From contig OZ024746.1 in assembly GCA_964016885.1 (NCBI GenBank), forward strand, positions 43,772,001-43,836,000: 64,000 bases of DNA, written 5' to 3'. Origin of the DNA: Eledone cirrhosa. Taxonomy: Eukaryota. Below the pieces are notes generated by a model, which ran no database searches, had not been told where the DNA came from, and saw nothing but the letters and a program-made list of their open reading frames with translations. This document shows, piece by piece, positions 11,071-23,600 of the stretch. Positions within the stretch are counted from its first letter, which is position 1. Each line of letters starts with the position of its first letter. Made by a program: the position numbers and the translations under genes.

Positions 11071-12240
11071 AATGATTTCTAAATTAAGCAGAATGATAGC
11101 AATTTTGGGAGAAGAGGAAATCAATTATATCAACCCAGTTCTTTACCCATTTAGCATTCACATTAATTTGTCAAATGTCATGTTTATCTATTCACATTAT
11201 TTTCAATTGATCAATCATATGCAAGAGATTTTATTTGTTTGTAATTTTCTTAATTTTCTATGTGCAGATTTAGTAGATGTTTAAATATCAATAATTTGCA
11301 ATTATATATTTTTACTTGATTTTTTTTTTTTTTTGTTAAATTTGACTTTTATGGGCAGGTGAAATTAATTAACAGGGTCATTTGAAGTATCAACCAGGTG
11401 CAAATACTGGTTTAATTTTAAATACCTTGGTTTCAGCATAATACTTGATATATAGGGGTCACTAAACCTTATATCAGTGCTCCAGTAATTCCACAGTCTT
11501 GGAAATTGTTTTATACCAAACATATTTATGGTAAAAAATGCTTGTATTTCTGCAGTATCTGTCGGTCACCATAACAGATCGGGTTTTCCTCAATTTGAAA
11601 TCTGTTGTTAGGCATATCAATTAGTCTGCCACAGGTTGTGGCAAAAAGAAATAATCCCATGCTTTAGCATTGGGAGGTAATGTGTGTTGTGGATCAGTAT
11701 TTTGAATAAAATTGGGAACATGTATTGGTGTGCTATTTTTCAACCCCATTGCTGTAATATTTTCAATGGCGTCCTAGAGATCTCCTTTGCTTTCACTTTC
11801 AAAACAACAATCATCGTCGGATGAAATTTCAGAAATATACACGTCTGATTCATTTGAAGATAAATCACTAATATTATCTTTTGTTTCTTGTTTATTTTGA
11901 ATGTCATCATGTGTAAAACCTTCAAAATCGGTATCGCTACTTTCACAAGCCATGTCGATACACACAAAAAAATCTGTTGTACTTTCAATGTTAAAAAAAC
12001 ACGGCGGTAAAGTCCTAATCTCGCAGTAATCTTGAATTGACGAAATTTTGGTGAAGGTACTGTTTATTTTTAGAACGATATTTTAGTGTGGGTGTTGTTG
12101 GATGGTTTGAACAAATAAAGAGGAAAATATTTCGGCCAGTTTTTGCCGTTTTGAACGGTAAAGAGTTACTGGGTCTTTAATTTATCAACTCTGGAAGAAC
12201 GAAAGCAAAGTTTGCTACCACAAGATTTTAAATCTGATTT
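11071..12240 (-). mobile_element. Old SINE family A split by the piggyBac (11071-11145 and 12166-12240)
   Basis: Halves atcaacccagttcttta and ctgggtctttaatttatcaac..gaaagcaaagt rejoin into the SINE body. Confidence 0.65.
11146..12165 (-). mobile_element. Internally deleted piggyBac with N-terminal transposase remnant
   Basis: Acidic N-terminus (ORF 11774-11965), then W*PTDTAEIQAFFTINMFGIKQFPRLWNYWSTD...MLKPRYLKLNQYLHLVD (11372-11580); degenerate TIRs CCC(A)TTTAGCATTCA / CTCTTTACCGTTCA; decayed TTAA sites; splits an older SINE. Confidence 0.85.
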
Positions 12241-13452
12241 ACTTCACATATATCGCTATAGCTTTTAAGATAAATATTTTAAATCTGGAAACACATTTGT
12301 ATTCTGTATGTAACTCAGAAAATAATCTATCATTTTGCATTGGTTTCTATAAGTTACAATACAACAATTATGAAACAGTAACAAACTTTTCACTAATGAT
12401 ATGAGCAGTTTCATTTGGATTTTCTCCAATATTTCTTTTGACTAATTAAAGAGAAGTGTCACCATATATGTATGAATAGTAAATTATCTTGTAAATATGT
12501 TTCTGAGGTCAAAGTGCCAAGTTTCAGCAATGCTTTAGATATTGGATTTGAGAATTTACAATAAATATTAATGCTATCTATACTTTATTCAATATTTTAT
12601 TTTTAATGTTTTACATCTCTTTCTCTATGATAATATGGTTGAGAGAGCTTTTGCAAGTTAGAGTATTTACATAATGTTTAAACAATTGCGTTTTGAATGG
12701 TAAACCAGTCTTACCACTAATCATTAAACTATGAATTTCAAGTGAACCATGTAAACAGATAAGCAGAATGAATAAGGAAAAGTTATGTTCTTTGCCCATA
12801 AGTACTGTACAATGGATGTAGTAAATTTTGAAATCATGAACAATTAGATAATAGAAAAGATCTTTGGCAATACTCCATATTCTTGAGAATGCTAGCACAT
12901 TCAGGTGCAGGTAAAGTACTAGTGAAAGTTCAAGATATCTTCTCTACCATTACTGTATTCTATGCATATCGGTGGACACTTTCAAACTGTATGTAAAATT
13001 TCATTTACCGTGCCTCTCCTACTCTGCGTGTTTCTAGAGGGTAAGTATGTCCTATGAATTCACTGTTTCTGTATATAATGATTATGATATTCTGGTAAAC
13101 ATTTTGCAGCTGGTGTAACAAATTCTGAATCTTTTAACATAATTTCTTTCTTTTTTGCATATCTTTCATTTTGTAGAAAACATGGATATTTGTAAACATG
13201 GTAAACAGATGCTAAAACAACTAAAATAATGGCAACAGTGTCAATGACACCTCACATAATAATAAATGAGTAAAAGGCAATTCAAGTTAAATTTAGGATA
13301 ATTTATTTCTTGATGCCAAGCAAACCAATGTTAGATTATATTAAAAAATAACTTCAAATAAAATGTGTATTTCATTTGTTTGAATATACTAACCAGATTT
13401 ATATTAAAGTCATTACAAAAACAAAGATGTGTTGAATTTAGGTTAAAGAATG

Positions 13453-13892
13453 AAGGCACATGGCTTAGTGGTTAGAGCATTGGGCTTGTAATCAAAAGGT
13501 TGTGAGTTCAATTCTTGGACCGGGTGATGTGTTGTTACCTTGAGCAAGACACTTTATTTCACATTGCTCCAGTTTACTCAGCTGTAGAAATGACATGATA
13601 GGACTGGGGTCCCTATAATTCCACTGTAAAGTGGTCATGGAGATGCCATGGCAAAAAAAGCACCCAGCCCACACTGTAAAGTGGACGTGTAGGCGCCACA
13701 GCAAAAGAGCACCCAGCACTCACTGTAAATGAGGTTGCTGTTAGGAAGGGCATCCAGCTATAGAAATCAAGCCAGAATCATTTCCCATATAAGCAAGACA
13801 AGGTTAGCTGACCAGACACTGCCCACAACAGGACAACCCGTCTAACCCATGCTAGCATGGAAAAACGGACGTAAAACGGTGATGATGGTGAT
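13453..13892 (+). mobile_element. tRNA-headed CORE-like SINE followed by an RTE-derived (GAT)n tail (possibly composite)
   Basis: A box TGGCTTAGTGG, B box GAGTTCAATTC, CORE-like CCTTGAGCAAGACACTT; internal repeats of GCACCCAG..CACTGTAAA; tail CCCATGCTAGCATGGAAAAACGGACGT..GATGAT. Confidence 0.8.
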
Positions 13893-14109
13893 AAATGTCA
13901 TAGTAAATGCCTGTAGGAAAACATAGACATGGTGGGAACCAAGGTCTTTTCAAAATACTTGTACTGGAATGAACTGTGCGAAAGTCATCCAAGACCCTAG
14001 TGATAATGTTAACCTATATATTTTGTTTGATCTACTTAGATGTTCCTACACATTTTATGCAGGTTAAATTATAATTGAAAATCTTAACCACTTGGCTTGC
14101 TCTTTACAT

Positions 14110-14870
14110 AATAGTGATTTCTAACTTTGGCACATGGCTGCAAACTTTGGAAAAGAGTTATGTTTATTCAGTAGAAATCTAGTACATTAGTCATGGTTAT
14201 TTTAACAAGCTCATAGAGATGAAAACCTAAGTTTGATTTTACATGTTTGAACTTACAATATAATGGCAGAATTTTGCTCAGGTGGATGAAAGGTAGAGAT
14301 GATCCTTTGTCGAATGGCTAAATATCATAATACATCTTATCTGATTTGTTAAGGATTCTGACAATCTAAATCCACAAAATAATAAGATTGAACAAAACAT
14401 TGGTACAATGTTAAAAATAGTGATGGTTGATAAGTTAACTACAGTACTTGACTCCAAATTATTTTATTCAACATTGAAGAATGAAACTCAAAGTCAACTC
14501 TAGCAGAGTTTTAATACTGAATATATTCGAATATAACTTTATATTAGGTGGAATTTTATCTAATATTTACCAGTTCTTCCCCAATCACTATTCTCACAAT
14601 AATAATATTACTTTCTAACTTATACACAAAGTCTCAAATTCTTGGCATAGTCAATTAGATTGATTCAACTGTTATTTTATTTCATCAATCCCTGAAAAGA
14701 TGAAAGCTAAAGTCGATCTCAGAACATTGACTCACAACTAAATATCACAACAGTAAAAATGTTTAACTTCAGCACAAGGACATGCCATGTGGGGAGGAAG
14801 CAGTCGATTGTATCGATCCTAGAACTTGATTGGTACTTATTAAAGTCAAGGTCGACCTCAGTACAATTAT
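14110..14870 (-). mobile_element. Head-to-tail train of ~4 old SINE family A copies
   Basis: Recurring (aat)-tttctaac..ggcacaag / gatgaaag..aaagtc(g/a)ac motifs starting near 14110, 14370, 14600 and 14755. Confidence 0.6.
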
Positions 14871-17800
14871 TAGCAATGTTTTTAGATAATTTGTTCATAA
14901 AATCTTTTCAATATTTATTTGTAATCAATGCAGCTATAAATAAAATAGATGTTAAGGGAAATATTAAGTTTAAATGTAAGTTTAGGGTTGTAAATATATA
15001 ATCTCAAGATTTGTGAAGTCAGTCATAACCTACATAATGTTTTGTAATGATAGTATGTAAATACATTTCACATTTTAAATTTTTTTTAAATTCTCATGCA
15101 AGGAAATGCGTAGTATGTGGGAGTAATGTATGCAAATATATTCCAAATTTGTTGGTTCAGACATCTTATTGTAAACAAATTGACAACCTTTAACATTTAA
15201 ATTCATTCAATTCATTAAATGATAGGAAATGACTAAGTACAATTTAATGACACATTCAGAAAGTGTCATTAGATTTCTATATCAATAAACACATTTTAAA
15301 ATTAATATAAACATATTTAACACAACTTACATCTACTTTGTTTTAATCCATTTGATTCATAGTGACAGAACTTACCTGAAAAATGAAAGGAAAAGTATGT
15401 AAGTACATTAAAGTCTCATCAAAGTTCACAATTTCATAGGAAAGAAATCTAGCAATATATACCTAACATGGAAAATGAAAACGAACATTTCTATCAATTC
15501 AAGTCTAAAATTCAAAACAAATTAACAAAGCATTTAAATATTGTAATAATATTTTTTACATCAAGTATTATTAGCATTGTTTTGTTATATTTCCTGAAAG
15601 TTACTTTCTGTACTAATCCCAAAGAGCATTCTGATAAGAAAAAGCCATACAAACGTAAGCTTTCAAATATGTTTTAACAAAAACCCTGAAGACTAGATGG
15701 TAGAGATTTATAGATATAACTGCAGTATACATATTCAGTTCCTTTTGTTTATTTGTTTTGTATGTCAACTGACACATAACGATAATTTAAAAAGTGATAA
15801 TTTCTGTAAATTTGTTTCATTTATTTCCCTTCAGCATTGTAAATATCAAGAACAAACTTCCAACTAACATTACAAGTGCTGATATATCAATTCTATATAT
15901 GATAGAATTACATATGGATAAAATATCAATTTTAACCAAAGTTATTTCCAACACATATTCACATAATTTCCAGTTCCATAAGAAAATATAATAGATAAAA
16001 AAACAATTATAAGCACAAAATTATCAAGTGGGAAGCGATATCTCTCTCAAGTTAAACAACATTTCAATAGATGTCTAACGTAAGGTGGAGAAACTGAAAT
16101 CTCAGCATTTCACTCTTAAATGAATATTTTCTCAACCTTCACTCAAAACATAGATCTATTAATATATCTAAACATGTAAATATTAAGAGGGAACATTTTT
16201 GAAAATGCCTTATTTTAGTTTGGCGCCACAGATTCTGAGTACAGATCTCAAACATTTTAATTTGTTTATATTGTAATTTAATTTAGGTTGCGTAAAATAT
16301 GTAGCATTAATGTCAGCAGATCATATATATTCTCCCTTGACAAGAATTTTGTTGATTTGTCTAAATAAATATACAAGAATGTTGATTTCACATACTAGTA
16401 CAGGGTTACACTTTTTCAGGTAATTAGAGTGAAAGGGCACTCTGTTTCATAAACCCCAGTGTAGCTAGTGCTTTTTGTATTAGCCTTAAAAAAGGGAAAG
16501 GCAAAAACATCATTGATGGGTTTTCAACTCAAAGCACAAATATGTATCCAGCTTGCTATTTTTTTTTTTTTTTTTTTTTTAAATTAATCACAAAAATATT
16601 GATATTATATTTCACTAAAATCAAAATATTTATTCTGTTGGATATAAAGTTTCTTTTACATTTTGATCATCCTTTCATGTCCAACAATTTCAATTGTTTT
16701 TCTCAACAACGAATTACTGATCCATTCTAAGCCTGTATAAAAAAAACTTAGTCAACTCATTATAAAATGTGTGAAAAATCAGCTACATAACTACTATGAA
16801 ATTGTAGAAGTCAAGTGTTATTTTGAGAATTTCTATGCATATTTTAATGTATGAAGTTAATCTATTCATCCATATTTTTTCACAGTTTCAAATCTCTACA
16901 ATAAAATTTCAATAAACATATAATTAATTTGATCTTCCCAAAATAGTCTGATAAATGCTAAAGAGATCTGCTATATATTCAATAAATGCTCTGATTTCTC
17001 AAATTTACTTTGTTGATATATATCCTGCTTGAAATACATATCGATTCCTATAAATTATACAGTAAGTAAACTGTAAAGAAACAAACCCAATAAATTTGCA
17101 AGCAATTCTAGTAAACTTTAGAACAGTATCATAATTATAGTTAAAATATGCACAAAAGAAATTACATTAATTCCAAATCAATATATCACTTATTTTAGTA
17201 AATGGACATCATTATTACCATCCTCATTTAACATCCACTTTCCTGGATTTGGATAGGTTTACACAGACCAAATCAGAATTGGATTGGGACTACCAACCTC
17301 CTAGGCAGAGGAAGGGGGTCTGCATCTCACTTACATATGGTCTCATATTCTAGAGACCTTTGCTTAGCAACTTTCTACAGCTAGATGCATTTATTGTGTA
17401 GATCATCAATGTCACACCATGACATAACTGAAGGGTCCTCCCAACCCTTTTTTAGCAATGGAGTGCCCTTCCTGTCACCACGACTTTTCAGGGTGTACTG
17501 GGAAATACTAGTTACAATAACTAATCACTAATTTGATGAAGATATAATTTATTTCAGATTATCTACATTTCAACTCCATAAAAATAAATATGCTAGTTCA
17601 CCAACATACATTCAAATAATGCTAATTTTGATACAAACCCACCCCAAACTGCCTCCTGTTCTATGAAACAAATTCACTCTTTTTAAGGAATTCCTATTTA
17701 AATTGAAATCTTCATACATGATTTTATATAAGAACATTTTGCTAGGTAATGTTACAAATTTCATAATAATATTAGTAAATCCGTCCAAATTCTTCATTAA

Positions 17801-17879
17801 TTTAAATATAGTAATTAGAAAGTAACTTTAAAATGTAAGCTCAACTTACAGTCTACTAATAAGCTATTATTTTCTCTGC

Positions 17880-18310
17880 TGTCACAAACGTGAGTAGCCA
17901 ACATTTGATAAAGCAGTACAATATGCTGAAACTAATCAAGGTAATTTTTTTCCTAGTCACAAAGATAAAACATGGTTTACGCTATCTATTTTTACAGCCA
18001 AACTAAATATGTGTATTTACTAACCTTTTTCTATCTTACATTTTCATAATCACTTAAAACATGCTGCAATACTTCTAGTAATCAATTGATACAAGATGCC
18101 AATGATTGCACTGTTCTACAAATCCAGCCAAGTTTGTGTATAATAAATAGCTAGAAACTACTCTTTTTGTTGTCAGAAAAATGAATAACTGAAATCTGAT
18201 GAAGTGGTGAAAAGTGTCGAAACTAATCAGACTGACGTGCTCAGAGAAAAGTATAGGGTTTAACTAGAATATAGCTTTTCACAGTGCGGCTAAAAATATG
18301 TTTACTAAAA
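17880..18310 (+). mobile_element. Degenerate ~291-nt tandem unit with two hammerhead-like cores (pLTR/retrozyme relic)
   Basis: TTGATAA-agca(8)tgct-GAAACTAATC at 17905-17937 and CTGATGA-agtg(8)tgtc-GAAACTAATC at 18196-18228; downstream flanks similar. Confidence 0.6.
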
Positions 18311-20377
18311 GTACTCAATGGTATATTTACTTTATACATATTTGTAAAATGTAATGTGTAATACTTCTATTACTTAATTAAAATGTAAGCACTGTATTTT
18401 AATAAACACCAACACAAAATGATTAAAGCTATGAAATAATATGGATTAGCCCAGAGGATATAAAAGCATATTTATATTTAGTGATGGTTCTTTAAAATGT
18501 TATTTCATAATATTATTCAGTTTACTAATTCGAATTATATATTACTAAAGAAAATCCAGCTTTATACTTAAGTAACGCTCACTGAATTTGTTTATAATAG
18601 TCTATAGTTTTCCCTTCCAGCATCTTTAATATAATCTAAAACAATTATTAATTACCAGCTCTTTTAGCATTTGAAACTTCTTTAACATTTCAGTTATAAG
18701 TAGATCTAGATGCACTAAAAATTTCATTATATAGCAAACCAAATTATTCTTACCATATAAAACTCTATTCACCCATAATGAAATAATGAACCAGATTATT
18801 CTTGTCTGGACATGCTCCCTATTCATTCTTTTGCAATGACCATTCAACATAATTATGCATATTTCACAGTTAAGGTTGTAGTACAAAGAAAACATTTTTT
18901 TTTCCAGATACTAAACACTTTACATCCAAACAGCTGCTAAATATTTACATGGTACAAGTTTACCTAACTACTCCACCTTGTCCTCATGTGCCACATAAAC
19001 ACAAAACGCTTTTCAGATTCTGTCTCTACAAAATAGTATCTTTCTAGAATCCCTCCACACCATTGTGTTTCACATTGAAGTCCAGAAGAATCTGGAAAGG
19101 CTAAGGGAACCATCCTTATACCTCAGATGAAACCATACACTAGTGCTTAAATGATTTGAAATGCATGATAGTAATATGAATAGAAACAGAAGCAACAGGT
19201 AGAAAAGTACATTCAAAGAAGCAATATGTTTTGCAATTGTGCTTGAAGAGGCAAAAGGTGATAGAATCTAAAGATTAAAGATGTTGACAAATGTGGTTAT
19301 GCTTATTTCATGTGTATTTGAAGTGGTGTGAACGCTATCAAAGACACATAAAAGCTATACCTGCAGAAGGTAATTTTTTGTGATTTGTTAAAGATAATGA
19401 GCAGTTTATGGTGAAAACTTTAATAGCCATGAAGAGTAAACTTAGTGAAATGATATAAACAACAAACACTTCCACATCTGATAAGAATCTTTGAAAAATT
19501 AAACAAAAGAATTTCTCAAATTTAGATCTTTAAATAAAACACACTTTAAAGTATCCCAGAAATGAACATTAAGGTTAACATATGACTAGAAAAGCTTTCA
19601 CTTAAACATAGTTGAAGTATTTTAAGGATTGACAAATTCTTAATATTTCTATTATATATCTTTATAATTTGCACATTTAGGAGATATTTTTCATTTAATA
19701 TTCTTTATTTAAGAAGAACTCCCAATGAATTAAATCATTAAATTGTATTCATAATCAACCACAGAAACTCTAGCCTATCCATTTATTGTCACATTTGTAG
19801 AATTCAACATATAGGATTAATGTTTGCTATGTGACATATCCTTGGAGTATATAAAATCAAATTAGAAGAGTAAACAATCAATACACTTTATAATGCATTT
19901 TTCTGAAAATGAGTTTTAAATTTCAAATGTTTATGCAATATATTTAGATTTAGAATTAATATGTGTAATAATAGATGAATATGTCTATATTAAGTTACAA
20001 AATAGCATTTTACTAATTAAATATTAGTATAACCTGTTGTGTTTTTGAACTATGTAATTTATGTAACCAAATTGCAGTTAACTATGAAAATAATAATCTT
20101 TATTTTGTAACAAATCCTTTTGGTCTTGACTATTTTGTATGATATGAACTTTGATTACCATATATGAGTAACATTTTATATTAAATTTGTTTTGTTTCAC
20201 ATTAGATTACTTCAAAAAATTAATCTCTTTTGTATTTAACACAAATATTTTGTAACTGTTTCATATTTCAAATACATTTTCAAAATGTATTTTAATATGT
20301 ATTGAATTTCGTATTTCTAAAGAAATATGTTATTTTTATAAATAAACATTTAGAAAACCATAGCTATGAATAACACT

Positions 20378-20421
20378 GGGAGACAATCGTCAATGCATTT
20401 CACGTCAGGATGATCTCTCCC
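20378..20421 (-). ncRNA. Second decayed hammerhead copy (stem II deleted)
   Basis: Minus strand GGGAGAGATCATC-CTGACG-TGAAA-TGCATT-GACGATTGTCTCCC; stem I pairs 12 of 13. Confidence 0.6.
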
Positions 20422-20593
20422 GCAAATACATATTTGTATACAGCTATGTTCGAAGCTAAATTCTAATTCTATTCTATTTTAAGTTGAGCCAACTTAAACA
20501 GCTTCATATACAAATGAGATTAATCACCTCATTTATACAGACGAAAATATTATATATTTTCATCTGTTTTCAAAGTCCAGCAGTTGCAAGAGC

Positions 20594-20650
20594 GGGATGG
20601 ATTGCCCTGATGAGAACCAGTTGCGTTCAAAATGCATCAACAGTTGTCCC
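20594..20650 (+). ncRNA. Decayed minimal type-I hammerhead ribozyme
   Basis: CTGATGA 20607-20613; stem II GAAC/GTTC; AAAA in place of GAAA; palindromic stem III ATGCAT then C; partial stem I. Confidence 0.65.
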
Positions 20651-23600
20651 CCTTACTTCTGCCGAAAACGGCTTGGTGGCATTGGCTGCCAGTGTCATTC
20701 ATAGCTATGGCTTTCTAAATGTTTTCATAAATATACCATATTTCTTTAGAAACATGAAATTCAAATACATATTTGTATACAGCTATGTTCAAAGCTAAAT
20801 TCTATTTCATAAATTATATATTATTTTTGCAGTTAATTATGTTACTGAATGTATCCTTTACTCTGTAGTATATGTTTTCAAACATGCATTCCTTCTATTT
20901 AGACATAAGCATGAACATATATTTTTTGAACCTGCTAATTTTGAATAATGTTTTTCATTAAATATCTAATTAATTAGGGATTATTGGAAATAACATTTCA
21001 AGGCTTTAATTAATTTACATAATAGAGGTTAAATTCTTTCAGAAAGTTAGAAATTAAAACTACAAAAGTATTTTAGCTACTGACTGTGTTTTATTAAAGC
21101 TTCAAAGATCAAATGAAACTTTTATGATATATAATCGTTATTTATAAACACCACGTTTATTTATTAAGAAGAATATAGAAGGAAGCAGCCAGTGTGTTTC
21201 AGTGAAAATTGTTGAAACTATCATTATTGGAACAATAGATATTTTGTGGTACAATCTAGAATATAATCATACATATTGTGTTGCTAATCTCAGATGTGTA
21301 AGCAGCATTGCCGTGTACTGAATTAGTGAATAATTTACATTACATACATCAATATTTTTAAAGAGCGATAATATTTCCTTCTTCTGAGAAAAAAACAACA
21401 CAGTAAGTTCATCAAGAGCTTAATACCCTCAAAAATAGATCAATAATATAGTTTAACTGCCTTTATTAATTTTATTTTACAAAATTGAAAATGAAGGTAA
21501 CATTTGTTTGTTTTTTTCATTTTGATTGGACATAGGATCAATATTTTGAAGAGATGTATTTCTATTTGAGTTATCAAATGCAATCCAAACTAATTATTGG
21601 TAAATTAGCTACCAGCATTTTACATCCCTTTTACCAATATTGATCTTGAAAACAAATTCAGAATTTCACAAGAGAAATGGTCTCTTATAGGTCATGTGTT
21701 TTTCTACATAACAATCTGTAATTCAACTGATATAGTATTTAGCTTAATAGTAAAAAAGGGAAAATGTTCAGATAGATTAATGAAAATATATACCATTATA
21801 ATTGCAGTAGTGTACAAGTATCATAATTCAAAATTCCTAACCAATTATAAAACTAAATTTCTTAGAGCAATCAATGTCCATTTTTTGAATTTTTAACATT
21901 TTATATGAGAAGTTATTGGTTAGAAGAAAATAGAAAGGTAATTTGTAAAACAAACCATAGTTCAAATGAAAGTCTATCAGTAGAACGTTACTACTGTAGT
22001 ATTAAAACAAAAAGTAAAGTTTGTGATCAATGAAGATGATAGTTACACTGTTGCCTGTTAACAGCAGCTTATATAGTTTCATCAGGGAATCTGGTGGGAT
22101 AGTGTTTTCTATCTCAGATTATCGTTCTAATTAAATTGAAAATTATAGGCTAAAGTAAATAAAATTTAGAATTTAAACTTCATGATCATGGAAAGCTGGA
22201 TAATAAAGGATTTTTTAAATGAAATGAAACTTGAGGGTTTTACATGATTCTGAATGAAATAACCATATATAGATTTACATAAATAGGATTAAAATATTTA
22301 TTTTAGAAAAATTTTGTCATGAATATCTTAAAAGATTCTGAATGGAAGATAATTAAACGTTTGGCTTTACTCAGCTTAGACTATTGAAAATCTTAAATAG
22401 TGAAGAAAACTACAAAACTATTGAATCATTTTAAACAGTTTAGACAGAAGTTCTATACTTTTCGTTTTGTTCTTTGAAGTAGCTTTCTATAGTAGTACCA
22501 TATTACAACTATTTCAATATAATATGTTAGTTAACTACAAGAGAATTATAGATAAGAAATTACAATAAACCATTCCTTTGCATTATTCTAGAGAAGTTAT
22601 GTTATAGGGTCCTACACAGATGGGGTTCAAATGGATTGTGAGAGAGTTATTAATGCCATGGTTAATGTTTGTTCGCTAAAGAATTGCATAGGTGAATGTT
22701 CACCAAGGCTTTTTCCTCACTCCATGTATTTATTTTAATTGTCCTAAGACAACTGAAGTTCGTAACTCACTGTCTTTGTGAATGTGGGCTAAAAGAGAGC
22801 AGAACACGTTAAAGAAATACAAAAAAACTTTTCACATTAGAACAGTCTAAAGATCAAATAGATCAGATGGCAAAGAGTAAGGTGGTAATTAATAAAGGAA
22901 CATATCTGGCATGTGATCTACCATTATATGTAAAAACAGGTTATGATTTCTATACTGTGTACTCATTACAAACAATTTTGATAAAAAATACACAGTAGAA
23001 TCTCTGAAAAATCCAAAGAAGTAGGAATTCAGATACAATATATACACATAGCATATAGCACTATGGATGTGAGTGTTCATGAAATGCAGTCATCATTAGA
23101 TGTTAACATTGGAGGGAATGTTAAACAAAGAATTGTGGTTAGATGTTTAGTGAGTAGTATCTTTTGGTTACTAAATGTTTCTATCTCCTTGAAAATACCA
23201 GACTTTATGAAGCACATGTAAGAGGTATAATTGCATTGAATGAGAAGGCCTGAAGGAAATTATGTGTGTGTCCTCTTGGATGTGTAATACCATCAGCAAA
23301 TGCATGCCAAAGAAACATATCCACTCATTTGGCAAGATATGTATAGATGTGTTTTCACTACAAAATGTGCTATGAACTATTAATGGAGCGAATTTATAGC
23401 ATAAGAATACCGAGGAAGACATAAGTAATGTTGGATACTAAACACATATGAAAAGAGCACAATAATTGATGATAACTTATATAGTAGATCATCCAATTTA
23501 TATCAGCATGGAAGAAAACAATAATGATGAGGATAATTTAATTTTCAAAATATTAATTCTCGATTGGAGTTTATGTTCATAGTCTTTGTGCAAGAAATCT

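Larger units (their letters stand above)
20294..20804 (+). mobile_element. Non-coding hammerhead-bearing element: inverted partial copy plus 339-nt direct-repeat unit (retrozyme / Penelope pLTR-like)
   Basis: Inverted repeat 20294-20423 vs 20592-20773; 43-nt direct repeat 20423-20465 / 20762-20804 (1 mismatch); hammerhead motifs in both arms. Confidence 0.75.
19120..21800 (+). mobile_element. Possible highly decayed Charlie/Buster hAT transposase relic, interrupted by 20294-20804
   Basis: Scattered weak motifs (SDETIH, FAIVLEE, VHQEL, NILKR) in broken frames. Confidence 0.3.

Noticed and set aside
13020-13047. Possible 3-nt microexon (tttctag|AGG|gtaagt)
   Set aside because: No supporting neighbouring exons; such motifs arise by chance
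13453-13530. tRNA gene
   Set aside because: tRNA-like head continues into a CORE-like SINE body; no proper cloverleaf or terminator
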